From: Mesotaenium endlicherianum | Lineage: Eukaryota | Direction: 5' to 3' | Assembly (NCBI GenBank): GCA_009602735.1 | Contig: WELA01000853.1 | Coordinates: forward strand, 15,947 to 79,946 | Length of the DNA: 64,000 bases | In this document: positions 1 to 13,200 of the stretch, piece by piece | How positions within the stretch are numbered: the first letter of the stretch is position 1 | Layout of the letters: each line of letters opens with the position of its first letter | The notes under the pieces: model-generated | Database searches by the model: none | What the model was told of the DNA's origin: nothing | The model's input: the letters and a program-made list of their open reading frames with translations, nothing else | Program-made: the position numbers and the translations under genes

Positions 1-27
1 CCCCCCGCAGCCCTCCCCACCCCGCAG

Positions 28-81
28 AACTGCGCTGGATACTCGGAGGAAGAGCATACCAAGGTGGAGCACACGCTTTGA
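28..81 (+). CDS. Probable terminal coding exon of a gene starting before the window (NCAGYSEEEHTKVEHTL*)
   Basis: C-rich tract ending ...cccgcag acceptor at 25-27, GC3-rich codons, TGA at 79-81, followed by UTR-like GT-rich sequence. Product not identified. Confidence 0.45.
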   Translation, partial: NCAGYSEEEHTKVEHTL

Positions 82-2938
82 AGGGGCTTGGCGAACAGGT
101 GGCTGTTTGGCTCTTGGAGCGCACGGTCAGTCGCATCGCTGGAGTCTTGCGAGGGCGGCGCGGCTGTGGGCCAGCTGATGGGGGAGCTACTGGGCGCTTG
201 TGCGCTTGTGCGCTTGTGCGCTTGCGCGCTTGCAGATGGGAGTGAAGATGGTGCCTGTTGTTTGATAGGAGCTTTGTGTGGGATAATGGATAGCCTATAT
301 TGTTTGATAGGAATTTTGGCGTGGGATAGAGGATAGTCCCCGTTGTTTGATAGGATGTTTTGTGTGAAAAAGTCTGGTGGGGTTGTTGTGTGTCGTTCAT
401 ATCGGTTGGTGGGTAAGGGATGAGGGATAGAGCCTGGAGAGTTGTGTGTCGTGTGTAGATAGTCTTCACAAGTTAGTGTAGGTGCTTCAATCTCGTGTAC
501 AATCTATAGTGTGAATAGCCCCATTGAAAAAATTGAGCTCGGTGGTAATTTGCACCCCAGTTGATGCGATAGGGGCTATAGCGGACGTTGCTAATCAGGC
601 CTAGTAAGCAGCATTCCAGGGGTTCCATGTGTCAGTACAGTATCATACTGCTTGTTCGTAAAGTGCCTGCTAGCAGGCTTTTGAGCGAAAGTTTTTAACA
701 ATAATTAGCCCCGTGAGGATCGATGCCTTTTTTGTGGCAGAAATTGAATCTTGACGCTTGTCCCCAATATGGACTCACTAAGGCATCATGTATGCACGTG
801 GCTTCGTCATTCCAATTCACGTGAGTCGCAGGGCTAGCTAGGAGAAAGGCTGGGCAATGAGTGTGGGGACATGGATGGCTTATTGACTTTGCTGGCACTG
901 TGTAGAGCTCGGGGGGTTTTGGCTTGGTATGGTGTGTGTCAAATGGTATGGGTGCCGATATAAGTGCAAGGGGTTAGGCATGCATGAATGTCTGTTAGTG
1001 AGCAAGATATCAAACCATACAACCCTTGCTCAAAGAACTTGCAAATAGCTACTCGTCAGTTGCATGAAGGTGAGCGATGCATTGTTGAGATTCATGCGTC
1101 CTCCCCAATCACTCAAGATATGAGAACCTTACTATTGCTACCAAGCACAGCCGCTCTTGGGACAAAGTGCATGAGTATTAAAACAATGTCAAAATGACAA
1201 GAGCATTTACAAGCCAAGTCACACGAGAATAGTGTACATCTTATGATTTTTGTGCTATATATATATACAAGTGTGAACTGTTGTATCAGGTATATATAAA
1301 ATGAAGTAGGTTGTTATGTTGATAAATCAACATGCAAATGTATTGTCTGCCATAATATAGTCTGTATTGGGCTGATAAGTACCAACATATGAACACTATC
1401 TTCTTGGCGACAATAAGGTGACATCTTGAAATGTGGTGCTCGCATTGCGCGTGGCCAATCTCAAGTAGGGTTACATGGTAAAGAGCCAGTTTTGCTTAAT
1501 GCACATGTTTTGTACATAATGAATGTCTCAAAAATGTCGTGCTCGTCCTGCTTGCTTTCTCGCCCGCCCACTCATTAGCATCATGATTCACAAGAGTTGA
1601 TTCGCTTGCATAAATGTAGGGGTATCAAGAGCTTGTAAGTATAAAGATATCTTACTATAACATCAATAGGTCTTAAGGTGTATATAGAGATTAATATCTC
1701 TACAACATCTCCGGGTGTTAAGGAATGGTGCATGGTGTACGATGACGCTTACAAATTTGCTTGAGCTAGAATAAGCAACGACGATAGTGGCACAATTGTC
1801 ATACATTACAAATAGGTGTGAAAATGAGGAGGATTGCATGCGCCGAGCCTAGTTTTGAATATCTCAAATGGTGGTGCCCTCGCAATTAGAAACAGTTCAT
1901 TGTACATTTCTCCCTCTCGAAATAAATGTGTCATCATTCTCTCCTTCCATATTTATTGAAGGTCATACAAACGCCCGGTCCAAACGACCGTATTATTCAT
2001 AACTCACGAGCTTCACTTAATGACCGTGTGAGCTTCACTTCATGACCATCATTTTATGACCTTGTGAGATGAGCTATGTACGCCTGCGTGAGAACGTTTG
2101 GGAACGATTGGGAAAGTCAGGTGCAGTGATTGGTCAAGGCGTCGAAGGAATTTGCGCGTGATTAAAGCACAAATAAATGTCCCTTTGTGCTAGGGTCGGG
2201 ATCTGGACGGAATTGACCCCACTTTAACTGATTGGCAGTCATATTTGAGCCACTCATAGCAGCAATGCCCAAGTTCCAACTAGATTCAAGCTGGTTCAAG
2301 CTGCACAAGCCACTCCAACAGCACTGCAAGGTACAGCGCAGGTCAGCGCAGGTACAGCGATTCGTATTACCGCGTGGAAGACGTATGCTTGACTTTCTCG
2401 CTGCTTCTCCGTCAGCGCCATGTTGAGCCATGTTGAGCAATAGAAGGCAAACGAGAGTGGTTAATTGCTCTTGCATGGTCTTCCTCCACCGCAGTGGATG
2501 GGAACTGGATGGGACAGTCAACGGGGGGCAAATTTCCTGCGGACGGGTGACTACCTTTTGTTGCCAATATACACGTATTGCTCTTGACGAGGTATCAAGT
2601 GTGGGCTATCTGCTTGAGTCCCTTTAAATTCATAAGCTCCGCAAAGCTCCTTGCGACAAGCACGATTGAAGGGACAAAACAAGCAACGTCAAGAAGCAGT
2701 CGGCTTCGCTTATATCTCCACTGCCAGAATCTGGCAATATAGCTGATCGAAGGAGGCTGATGAGTTTTGGAGCTCCTTAAAATGCGAGGGCTCCCCAATT
2801 CAGAGTTCAGGTCGCGAGCATATATAGCTATATAGAGAGCAGAGTAGCCTCGTAGTTTGTGTCTTGTTTGCTCTGCTGTAAGGATAGAAATCCGCCACTT
2901 GTGTCATGTGCAAAGGGGACTCACACGAGCCTACAGAG

Positions 2939-4424
2939 ATGGATCTCTTCACCTGTGATGCAATTACTCTGATCCGGCACTACAAGAATGTGGACGTCGC
3001 CACTAATTTCAGCAGGAGGTGCGTGAAGCACAGTTACATTGACGTCAGTAAAATATGCATGTTGCTCACAAGAACGTAGCACTCCTTGACTTAATACCCG
3101 CACAATGCTCACCTTATCTATAATACAAGATATGAGTTTCTTAGATGCTCCTGCAACTGAAATGCTAAGTCAAAGTGTTTGTGACGCTACTGACTGGTGT
3201 TTCACCCCTCGCACTCATCCCTCTTACCCCCCAATGAAGAGCATCATTTGCCCCCCTCTCACCCGGGGGGGGGCTTCTGTACAGCTCAAGGCATGGGGGA
3301 TAGTTATAGTGCTTGTGTAGCTTGCACATACCTCTTGGCTGCAAGATGCAATCTTGTCGGGCTTCATGTAGTTTCCTGGAAGTAACGTGCTATGATTCTG
3401 CGCCTTTGCTTATCTATGCAGGCGGAGTGCAGCAGAATCTATCGTGAAATCAGACGAAGTGTATGCTGCGGAGGAGGGCCCCCGCACAGCCGCAGCTGAG
3501 GTCCCTTTCACCTCAGCAGCAGCAGCAGCAGCCAGAGAGCCCTTCCCTGTCATCCAGTCAGAGCGCGACACGTGGTGGGCCCATCCTGCACAGTCACAGG
3601 GCCAATCGTGGCAGATGCAAAGTGTCCGATCAGAGAACGACATGCAGGGCCCCCAGGGCAACAACTCAGAGAACGACGAGTGGCAGCTTCGACCTGTGCA
3701 GGCAGAGAGCGATATGTTGCGACCCAACTCCGGCCAGTTCCATGACGACATGCAGCGTCATTGCTCGGCACACTTGAAAAGCAACACGTGGCGGTCTCAT
3801 TCTGGCCAGTCAGAGACTGCCAAGTGGCAGCCCCCTGAGAGCATCAAGACTATTTTGAACGATGAGCTAAAGGGGACCCTGGAGCAGAAGCGACAGCTGG
3901 AGATGGAGTGCAATGAGCTGGGGCTCAGATGCGGTGAGCTGGCAATGGAGAATGCTGACCTGGCACTGCGGTTCAGTAAGCTCGCAGCGAGAGCCTCCAA
4001 GGCAGAGCAGAGGGCCAGGGTGGCAGAGGGCCAGCGTGACGCTGCCATGCTGGCGCACAGGCTCCAGCAGGCGGCGAGCGCTGACCTGGAGGACAGCCTG
4101 GCAAGGCGGGACCACGAGGCAGAGCTGCTGTGCCGCGAGATTGCTGACCTGGCAGGGGCCCTCGCAGCCGAGCACGTGCAGAAGCAGGCGGAGCGTGCAC
4201 GTGCCCAGTTGGCAGGACGAGAGGCCCTGCGCATGCAAGACGAGATCCTCACCTTGCGGGCGGCGCTTGACCACCACCAGCAACAGCAGCAGCAGGAGGA
4301 GGAGGAGGAAGACACAAGCAATGGGCACGGGGGAGGGAGTGTGGCGGGCAGGGAGGGGGAGGAGGGGGGGAAAGAGGACGATATCAGTGTTGCCAGGGGT
4401 CTGACCAGGGTTGATCAGGGTTGA
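2939..4424 (+). CDS. Uncharacterised coiled-coil protein; predicted exons 2939-3018 and 3422-4424
   Basis: The 326-aa ORF 3444-4424 has a long heptad-like E/L/A/R-rich segment and a poly-Q/E tail. An acceptor (tatgcag, 3419-3421) and an upstream ATG exon ending AG|GTGCGT join in phase (MDLFTCDAITLIRHYKNVDVATNFSRR-RSAAESIVKS...). Confidence 0.55.
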
Positions 4425-7214
4425 CCAGTGTTAACCCATTATTGACCAGGGCTAGCATTAGACCAGGGGCGCCTGCAGATCCAAAGAGCTTCGAGCCGTG
4501 ACTTTGCGCCAGCCCAAGTGAGGAACTCGCAGGGCACTCTTGCCCGCTGGCTTATGCAAGCACATCCACCTGGCCCAGCAGAGTCGAGAGGGAGGGCTGC
4601 TCCTGATCTCACTGCTGATGCCACCGATGAAGGATGCCCCCAGCGCGCCAAGTGGCAAGTACACACGGGCTGCTCCTGCTCCCCAGCCCTTCTGCCACCT
4701 CCATTGCCATCGCCGTCGACCGGCCGCCTCGTAGTGCGGCCCGCAGGACAGTAAAAGCTTGCCGCCCAAATTTGCCTCCTAGCTAGCTTGCGCGGGCAGC
4801 GGCGGTGGCAGCAGGCAGGAGGTGCAAGAGGGCAGCGACATGGCATTGAGGTGACAGGGACCATGATTGCTCTCGTGATTGCCGTATTGATGGGCCGCCA
4901 TATGAGCGAGACAGCTTCCTGTCCCTCGTGCTGCTGCCGCACGCACCGGCAATGACGTGTGTGACACATGTTACCACAGCACAGCACGTCAATATCGCCT
5001 TAACAGACTGTCCCCCCCCTCTTCACGCTGCCCTCCCTTTCCCTTCCTTTTCCTACTGGGGGCCAGAGCTCAGAGCTGGAAGAGAAACGGCTGTTGAGGT
5101 GCACCAGCTGGCAGTTGCCGAGAGTTTCCAGCTGGCAGCTGCTCGGTTGCTCTCGTGCCTCCCCACAATACTTGTGGTATTGTCGTGGTGCTGATTAGCT
5201 CCTCGAGTGACGTGGCGGTGGCAGTTTTTGTACTAGTGTGGTGCTGGTCATGCTGATGTGGCCGTGAGCCTGACGCCAGGGGACGCGGTTTGACGGCCAG
5301 GTCACTTCCCAGGAGTCTGGGGGCAGGGAGATAAGAAGTGCTGCGGTGATTTCCTTCAGGGAATGGATACATTGACGTGGCACGCCAAATATAGGCTGCA
5401 GTCTTCATAAGTGGTCATTATTGCCCCCACAGATTAGAAATAATGACTGCAATATCGGTCAGAATTTGGGGCTGGTTGCTCTAATGCACTTCCTACGGGC
5501 CGGCAAAGCAGTAGGCTGATGGACGTGAAGAAAATTTGCGCGTTCCAGTGTGACGTACGACAGGGGTACTTTGATGGCCCCCCTGCAGGCAAGGTCCTGT
5601 GCGTGCTTCATTCTGTATAGGTGACCAAGTCTCGCTTTCTCTGAAACTGCAATGCTTGACCATATATATTGTATATACTATGCATAAATGGGGCTATATC
5701 AGGGAAAACTAAGCCCTTCCAGAGGGCAGCCCAGTAGGCCCAGTCGGCCATTCACCAGAAGTACTGATTGCTGGAGCATTGACGATGGAGGTAACAAAAG
5801 TTTTGAGGTATTGAGGTGCGCGCCCAATAGAGGATCAAAGCGCGTCCATGTGTGCGGGGGTTCTAGCGTATGTCTGATTTGATACAGAACAGAGCAGGTG
5901 ATTAACAATTTTATGAGACACGTAAGCGGAAATATCTATGAAGCAACTTGCTCGCATCGTTGTTATTCATGACCCAGCCACGTTGGTGCCGAGTATTAGC
6001 TTAGCTTAATGTAAGTTATATTGGACTACGTGACAGTTAGACATGAAGAAAGAGCTCAACATAGGCAATTCAGATGTTCTCGCCAACTGCCACTTGCTTT
6101 CTTGGTAGAGGGTTAATGACAGTATCTTGCATGCAGTAACCAAGTTGGAGCAATCAATTAAGGATGTAAATAAGGAACAATGCATGCTCATCTTGCGAAG
6201 TCTGTGTCTGACTTGTATGTGAAAATCAGTGCGCATGTGGGTTATAAATGAAATAACCGTCAAGTAACTCTCCACCTGATCATTTAAAGCATATGGTTTG
6301 CACTCGGGGCGCGAGGGCTAAATAAATAAGATGTTCTTGCAGCACTTCATCTCACAAACAGCTAAGCCTTCTTGCAACTAATGTATGCACACTCATGAGC
6401 TTGATTGAGAATTTGGCGCGCATCCCCATGCTGCATCAGGAGGAAAGCTCCTGTGTTTGCATGCAGATTCTACCCAGAGTGCAAGTTTGTCAACTCATAG
6501 TTCAGACTTTTGGCACGATCTTTGCTCAGAGTAGGGCAACATGCTGACAAGTCAACTTGAGTTTCTAACATTATTCATCTTAAATTACAGACAATTCTAG
6601 GCGCACAACATGAACAACACAGCCTACTCCACCCAGTTCCTTCATAGAAATTACTGAGTATTAAGGTTACCAGTGTTGGGTGCATACAGAGACAATAAGA
6701 CAACCTCATAAGTCAGAGGGATGCAAAAGTGCAGTACAACATATACGCCCACACGCACACCCACACTCACACACCCCGACACACACCCACGCAGGCACTC
6801 ACACACCCCCAAAACATGGAAGATGCACAGCAAAAGTATTGCCATTACGGCAAATTTGCCAAAGGCACCATACCCTGGATTGACCCTCACCGAGGCTGGG
6901 CGAGCCCACGTCGACCCAAGCAGTGCCGACAGCGGTCGCCCAAACAGCAGTCGCCAGCTACGATAGCAATCACCACTTACCATGCAACAGAACAGCCTAA
7001 AAGAAACGCAAAACCAAGACAGGGCGAGACGACAAACCGCAAGCACCAACACAGAGGCGGCAAGTCTCCAACACAGAGGGAAACGCAAGATCTCAAAATA
7101 TAGATTTATTGCGCTGGAATCTGGCGGCGGCCGCCGGAAACGGCGACGTGGCCGGCGACGGCAGCCCCATATCAACCTTATAAGAAGACTGCGACGACGA
7201 CGGCGACGGGGACC

Positions 7215-10200
7215 CTAGCGGCGACAGCTGTCGGCCCGGCGGCCGCGGCGGCACCGCGCCCGCTGCGGGCGGCCTCGGGCGGCGGTGCTGGTGGCGGCGG
7301 CGGCGGCGCTCCTCCTTGTCGTCGTCGTGGTCCTCCTCCTCCTCCTCCTCCTCTTCCTCCTCTTGTCNNNNNNNNNNNNNNNNNNNNNNNNNNNNNNNNN
7401 NNNNNNNNNNNNNNNNNNNNNNNNNNNNNNNNNNNNNNNNNNNNNNNNNNNNNCGCCCTCCCCATCCTCCCCCCAAGCACCTGCACGCCCGCCCGCCCCC
7501 GCCCCCGCACCTGCCGGCGCCGACGCCATCGCCGGAGACGCCATGGCCGTGGAGGACGAGGCGGAGGCGAGGCCCAGGGAGACGTCGTCCATGGAGGGCT
7601 GGCGCGAGAGCGACGCGGAGATGGAGTTCCACAGCCCCGAGAGGGGGCCGCTGAGGGGGCCGCTGTTGGCGCCGGAGCCGGCTGACGCGGCGGCGCCGAG
7701 GCGGCGCTGCTGCAGGCGTGTGAGGCTCTCCGACACCTGGCGCATGGTGGGGCGCCGGCGGGGGGACTTGTGCAGGCACCTGTGCGCCAGCGTGGCGATG
7801 GCGGAGAGCTCGTCCGCGCGGAAGCGGCCGCCGAGGCGGTCGTCGAGCAGCACGTCCCAGCGCTCGCGCCCGTCCTCGCCCATGGCCGCCTGCGCCGCAG
7901 AGCTCTCAGCCCCACGAGCAGCAGCAGCAGGAGGAGGAGGAGGAGCAGCAGGTGCATCAGCAGCAGCAGCAGAAAGAGCAGCAGCAGCAGGAGGCGGAGG
8001 AGTACTAGCATCAGCAGCAGGAGCAAGAGCATTAGCAGCACCAGGAGCATCAGCAGGAGGAAGTGCGGAGGAGCAGCAGAAGCAAGAGCACTAGCAGCAC
8101 CAGGAGCAGCAGTAAAAAGAGAGGGAAGAGAAAGAGGAGCAGGAGGAGGAGCATGGGGAGCTATGCATCAGCCAGCTCAGCAGCGCCAGTGCAAGCGCAC
8201 ATGAGCACCAGCACCGCACACGCACTCCCACACGCAGGTCGAAAGCACAACCATGAAAGCACACGCACCACCAAAGCGAAGCCAAAGCGCAGAACTGCAC
8301 GCACATACAGGCGCGCATTCGCGCAGCGCGCGTGCGCACACACACACACACACACACACACGCGCGCACACACACAGGCACACACAGGCGCACCGAAGGC
8401 ACACACGCACAAATGCCACACACACACACCCACACACGCGCACAACACAAGCACGCACCATGTCGACGTAGTCCAGCAGGCCCCTCTGCGGGCTGCGGCC
8501 CGCCAGCACCTCAAAGGCCAGCATGCCGAAGGAGTACACGTCGCTCTTCTCCGTGTACACGCGCGTGGCCAAGTACTGCGGGTCCACGTAGCCTGCCGTG
8601 CCCTTCACACCGCCCGCCCCCTGGGCGGCGGCCGACTCCGTCGCGTCCACGGCCCTCGACAGCCCGAAGTCCGCCACCTGTCGCACGGCGCCGCGCGTTG
8701 CAGGAGGGCGCAGGGAAGAGAGCAAGGAGGGAGTGCACATGGCACGGCCGTGAGATTCCTTTGTTCGAGTGGGGGGGTTTGTCCGGTGCTTGAAGCCTAC
8801 GAGACACCTTGAGTTGCGCCAAAATGCACGTGCGCCGCAGGGGGGGAGGAGGCAGGCAGGCAGGGGTGACCCNACTGCAGCATATTGAACCCAGGCTTTG
8901 CAAGGAAGATATGAGGTTGACACGAGCAGAGATTCTCGAGCAGGCGGAAGATACGTATCCTCCTTGCAGCAGGAACAGAGGGAGGGGGCAGCGGGGGGCA
9001 GCGGGGAGAGAGGACAAGAGCGGGGAAGGGGGTCCAACTTTTCAATTGGGCCAGGGCGGGAAGGATGAGCCTTAGGGATCAGAGGATGGGCACACAGCGG
9101 CGCAGCAATCTGGAAGAAGTGTTGAATTGCATCGATGCGCAGTTTTCTCAGCACCCCGGTCCTTTGTTCTCCTCTCATTCCCGGAGGAAGGGGAGGGGAG
9201 GGGGGGGGAGCGGGAGGGGGAGAGGGGGCGTTGGAGCAGAACGAGCAAGTGTGAGACTCGCAATTTCAATTTACAGCTGTAACATGTATGGACGTGTTTG
9301 GCGCCCCCAGGTGCACGGTCCGGAAAAGAGTTGGGGGTTCAAGGATTCAAGCAAAGGCTCTAGTGTGGGGAGAGGCTCTGGCAGAGGTCATCGAAGTAGG
9401 AAGGCACGCCTAAGGTTTTGAAGGGCCAACCTCAAGGGCAGGGTGGTGGCTGGAGAAAGAAGGGAAGGGTGCAGCTGGGGTCGGCGACGTCAAGGAGAGA
9501 AGTTGAAGTGCAGGGTTTCAGGCAAGGGCTCGAAGTTCAGGGTTGGGGTCAGCTCGGGCTTAGGGTCGGGGAGGGGGGGCAGGGTGCCAAGTCACCAAGT
9601 GCCAGCGGAGCGCAGCCACTGACTCCGACTCAACGCACACCTCTCCAGCCCGCAGTCGCGGGCCACGGTAGAAATAAGGTTCCCGAAGCTCTTTGGGTGT
9701 AAGGTAGGGGTTGAGGTTTCAGGGTTTCTGGCTTGGAGCAGTGCCCTGACCCCAGTGGGACTAGGGCCGAGTGTAAGGCTAGTTATGCGGGAAGTTGAAG
9801 CATAACAAAGTAGAGGGTGTCAACGGTCCCTGCCAAAGAGTACTAAACAAGTCAGGTCCCGCGTGGCACAATAACTATTCACGCGTGCTCCCTAGCAAAA
9901 GAATATGAGGATTCAGTGAAGAGGTAGTGAGGTGGGAAGCTCGGGGATAGGGCTAGGATGGGGCACTAGGGGGGCAGGGTTCAGGATTTGGGGTCTAGGG
10001 TTTGAGGGACGAACGCGCGCAGTCATGGAGGCGTCGAGCAGCACATTTGCGGACTTGATGTCGCGGTGCACCACTGCCGGCTGTGCCTGCTCCCGGGAAA
10101 ACAGAAGAAGGAAAGAAGGAAAACAGAAACAGAGTGACAGATGGAGAGGCAGGTCAGAGACAAACGGGGAGAGAGACAGCCAGAGACAGAGAGAGAGAGG

Positions 10201-13200
10201 GAGGGGCCGCCAGGGGGACGACCCGACAGGCAGAAATGCCAACGGCCCGCTTACAAGCACGAGAGAATTTTTTTGCAGAAGGATTATGAGCAAACCAGGC
10301 ACAGTCACCCTGGAAGGTTTTTTACAGTAAGCTTAAATCAATTAGGCTCTACAGTAAGCATAAACGCATATATATAAATACGTCTTCACACATTCTACAG
10401 GACCTGTGCAACATACTCAGACAGCTCCCTCCCTCTCCCCCCCCTTGAACGTGTTGGTGTTGTTACGAGCACAACCAGCACAAGCCAGGAGAAGAGAAGC
10501 ACCCCGCGTGTCTTCCTCTCACTCCCATGAGAGAGCATATGAGCACGCAAACAAGAGGGAGAGACGAGGAACGTATTGGCCACAGTGCCTGTCTGTCCGC
10601 CGGCAACAGTCCTCCTGCGCGTGCATGCGACACGGTGACCTCCATGCACACGTGCACGCTCTGTCCATTCTCATGCGACAACCACCCACATGCACACACA
10701 CTCACACGCACACACACGCACACACACACACACAGACACACACAGACACACTCACATGCACGCATGCGCACGCGCGCTCTTGCGCGCATGCACGCGTAGC
10801 AATCATACGCAAGGGCACTCCACATCTGCATGAGCTTGTGCTCCGACGCGGACGGGAGCCCACTCACTCAGGGCTGCGCTCCCTGCCACACCGCATGCCC
10901 CCCCGCAAGACCGGGGGCCCACAACACCCGGGGTCCGCATTTCCAAGTCGGGAAAAAAATAAAAAGTCAAGGAACAACTACCTAATAACAAGTCGAGGGA
11001 AAAAGGACAACAGACCTCAATCAGCGCGGGGTGGCAGAGAGCAAGACCCTAGCTTGCCAGGAAGAGTGGAGACGAGGTTTCGGGCCGTGATTGGCTTGCG
11101 AAGAGCGCAGGCGGGGGAGGAGAGCCCGGGGAGCCGGCAGTTCAGGCTGGGATGCATCACTCGGGGTTGGATTTAGAATTAGTTTTCCTTCTAGGGCTTG
11201 AGGACAGGACCTATTGCTTTGCGGGGGAGTATGAGGGATTAGGGTTTGGGCCCGGGGGTAGGGCTCAGGGGTAGGGCTCAAAGATTAGGGCTGAACTTAG
11301 GGTGTAGGTTTTAGGGTTGGAGCTGAGGCTTTGGGCGATAGGGTGGGGGGAGAGCAGGCACCCCGTCGTGGAGGTACTCTATGCCACGCGCGATTTCGGC
11401 GACGATGCGCACGCGGTCGTCCCAGTCCAACGGCGAGCGCTCCGCGGCTGGCAGTCACAAACCCCCCCCCCCCTTGTTCCCTTTAGTCAGCAGATGCATG
11501 ACAGAGGCACCGGGTAGCAGGCAGCAGGCAGCAGGCAGGCGCACGCGCCCAGGGTTGCAGGGTGTGCAGGGGAGAGAGGAGGACGCACACGCACGCACCC
11601 AGACACACACAGGCACTCAAAACACACACACACACAGACACATGCGCAGGCAAATGTTGAAGTTTGAAGCAGCAGCAGCAGCGGCAGCAGCAGCAGCAGA
11701 AACGCAGGAACTGACACAGGAGCAGGTGAGCGGGTCAGACTGCAGCCAGCATTGACATTCTGTGGTTGTGGAATTTAGGGTTCAGGTCTGAAGGGCAAGA
11801 GGGCTGCTCAGGGCGCGCCACGTGGCACACATACAGCGCAAAGAAGGTATACCCTGGACACCGGGAGGAAGGCCACAATGAGGTCAAGACAAGGCGAGAG
11901 GGCGAGAAGAAAAGAGAGCGAGTGGGGCACTGGCAAGCCAAGGTCATGGCTCCCACCCGGGTCAGACTCAAAGGTGGGTACAATTCCACCATGGGCTGTA
12001 TGTAGGACTTCTGGATTTAGGGGGGGCGCGGGAAAAGGGCCCCACGATGAGGTGGACAGGAGTGGGTGCAAGAGCATGGGGAGGGCATGGGCGAGTTAAG
12101 CCCAAGGCGCCCGCCCGGCCCGGCTCAGGCTCTTTAGGGGTGGGATCTGAACTCCCGGGCCGAGGCCGGTAAAACTTCGGTGGTGTGAAACTTCGGGCCT
12201 AGGATTCCGGGCTCCGAGTGAGGGGCTTACTGTTTGGGGCTTTGGGTTCAGAGCTTAGGTTCGCATTTAGGGTTTAGGGTTTAGGTCTCGAGGAGTTCAA
12301 AGATCCGAGCTCAGGTTCAGGATTGTGGGTGTGGCATTCAGGGTTTTGCATTTAGGGTTTGGCGCTTAGGGTTAGGGTTAGGATTGGGTTTGGGAAAGTA
12401 CAGTGGAGGTGCTCCTCCAGCGAGCCGTGGAGCATGAACTCATAGACGAGCGCGCGGTGCTCGCGCTCCCAGCAGTAGCCTAGCAGGTGCACCAGGTGCT
12501 TGTGGTGCAGCCGCCCCAGCAGCAGCACCTGCGCGCGCCCCCTCCCGCCCGCACACGCTCACGCACACGCTCACGCATTAGCATATGCACGGGCACTAAC
12601 GCACACGCGCACGCGCGCACAAATGCACCCACGGATAAGCACCGCACACGCGCACGCGCGCACGCACGCACAAGTGCACCCACGGACACGCACACGCGCA
12701 CAAAATATGCTCTCAAGTATGTTGCTCCGTCTGCAGTCTCCCGCTCTGCCCCCAGGCCCCATCTGAGACGTGCCTGAAGACATGCGCAAGCCCTCCTCTC
12801 TCCTCTCTCCTCTCTCCTCTCGCTCACCTCCTGCTCCATCGTCGCGAGTCGGCGCACCGAGCCGCATCTGGTACCCTGTCGACGCTAACACGCACACACG
12901 CGTATACACACACGCACTTTTCTTTTTTTTTGCACACGTATACAAGCACGTCCCGAGGTTTGGAGTCGGGGGTTAGAGGTTAGGGGTTAGAGGTTCAGGG
13001 TTTGAGGCTTGCATTGAGCATAAACCCTCACCCTCCCAAAAGCCCCAGGGGTTGCAAGGAGGGGCAGGGCTAGGCTCGGGGTTAGGATCAGGCTCAGGTT
13101 GGGCCGAAATGAGGTCGGTATCGGCTTGGGTTCAGAGTCAGGTAGGGGTGAGCGGTTACGAGTAGGGTTGGGGTTGCGACTGAAGCGGTGAGGGTTTAGG

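Noticed and set aside
4439..5408. GC-rich minus-strand ORFs (4439-4987, 5070-5408)
   Set aside because: No recognisable domain or convincing splice model. They may be UTR or an unresolved gene.
12240..12392. Possible true telomere or chromosome-fusion scar
   Set aside because: Short, degenerate and recurring in several introns of an intact gene.
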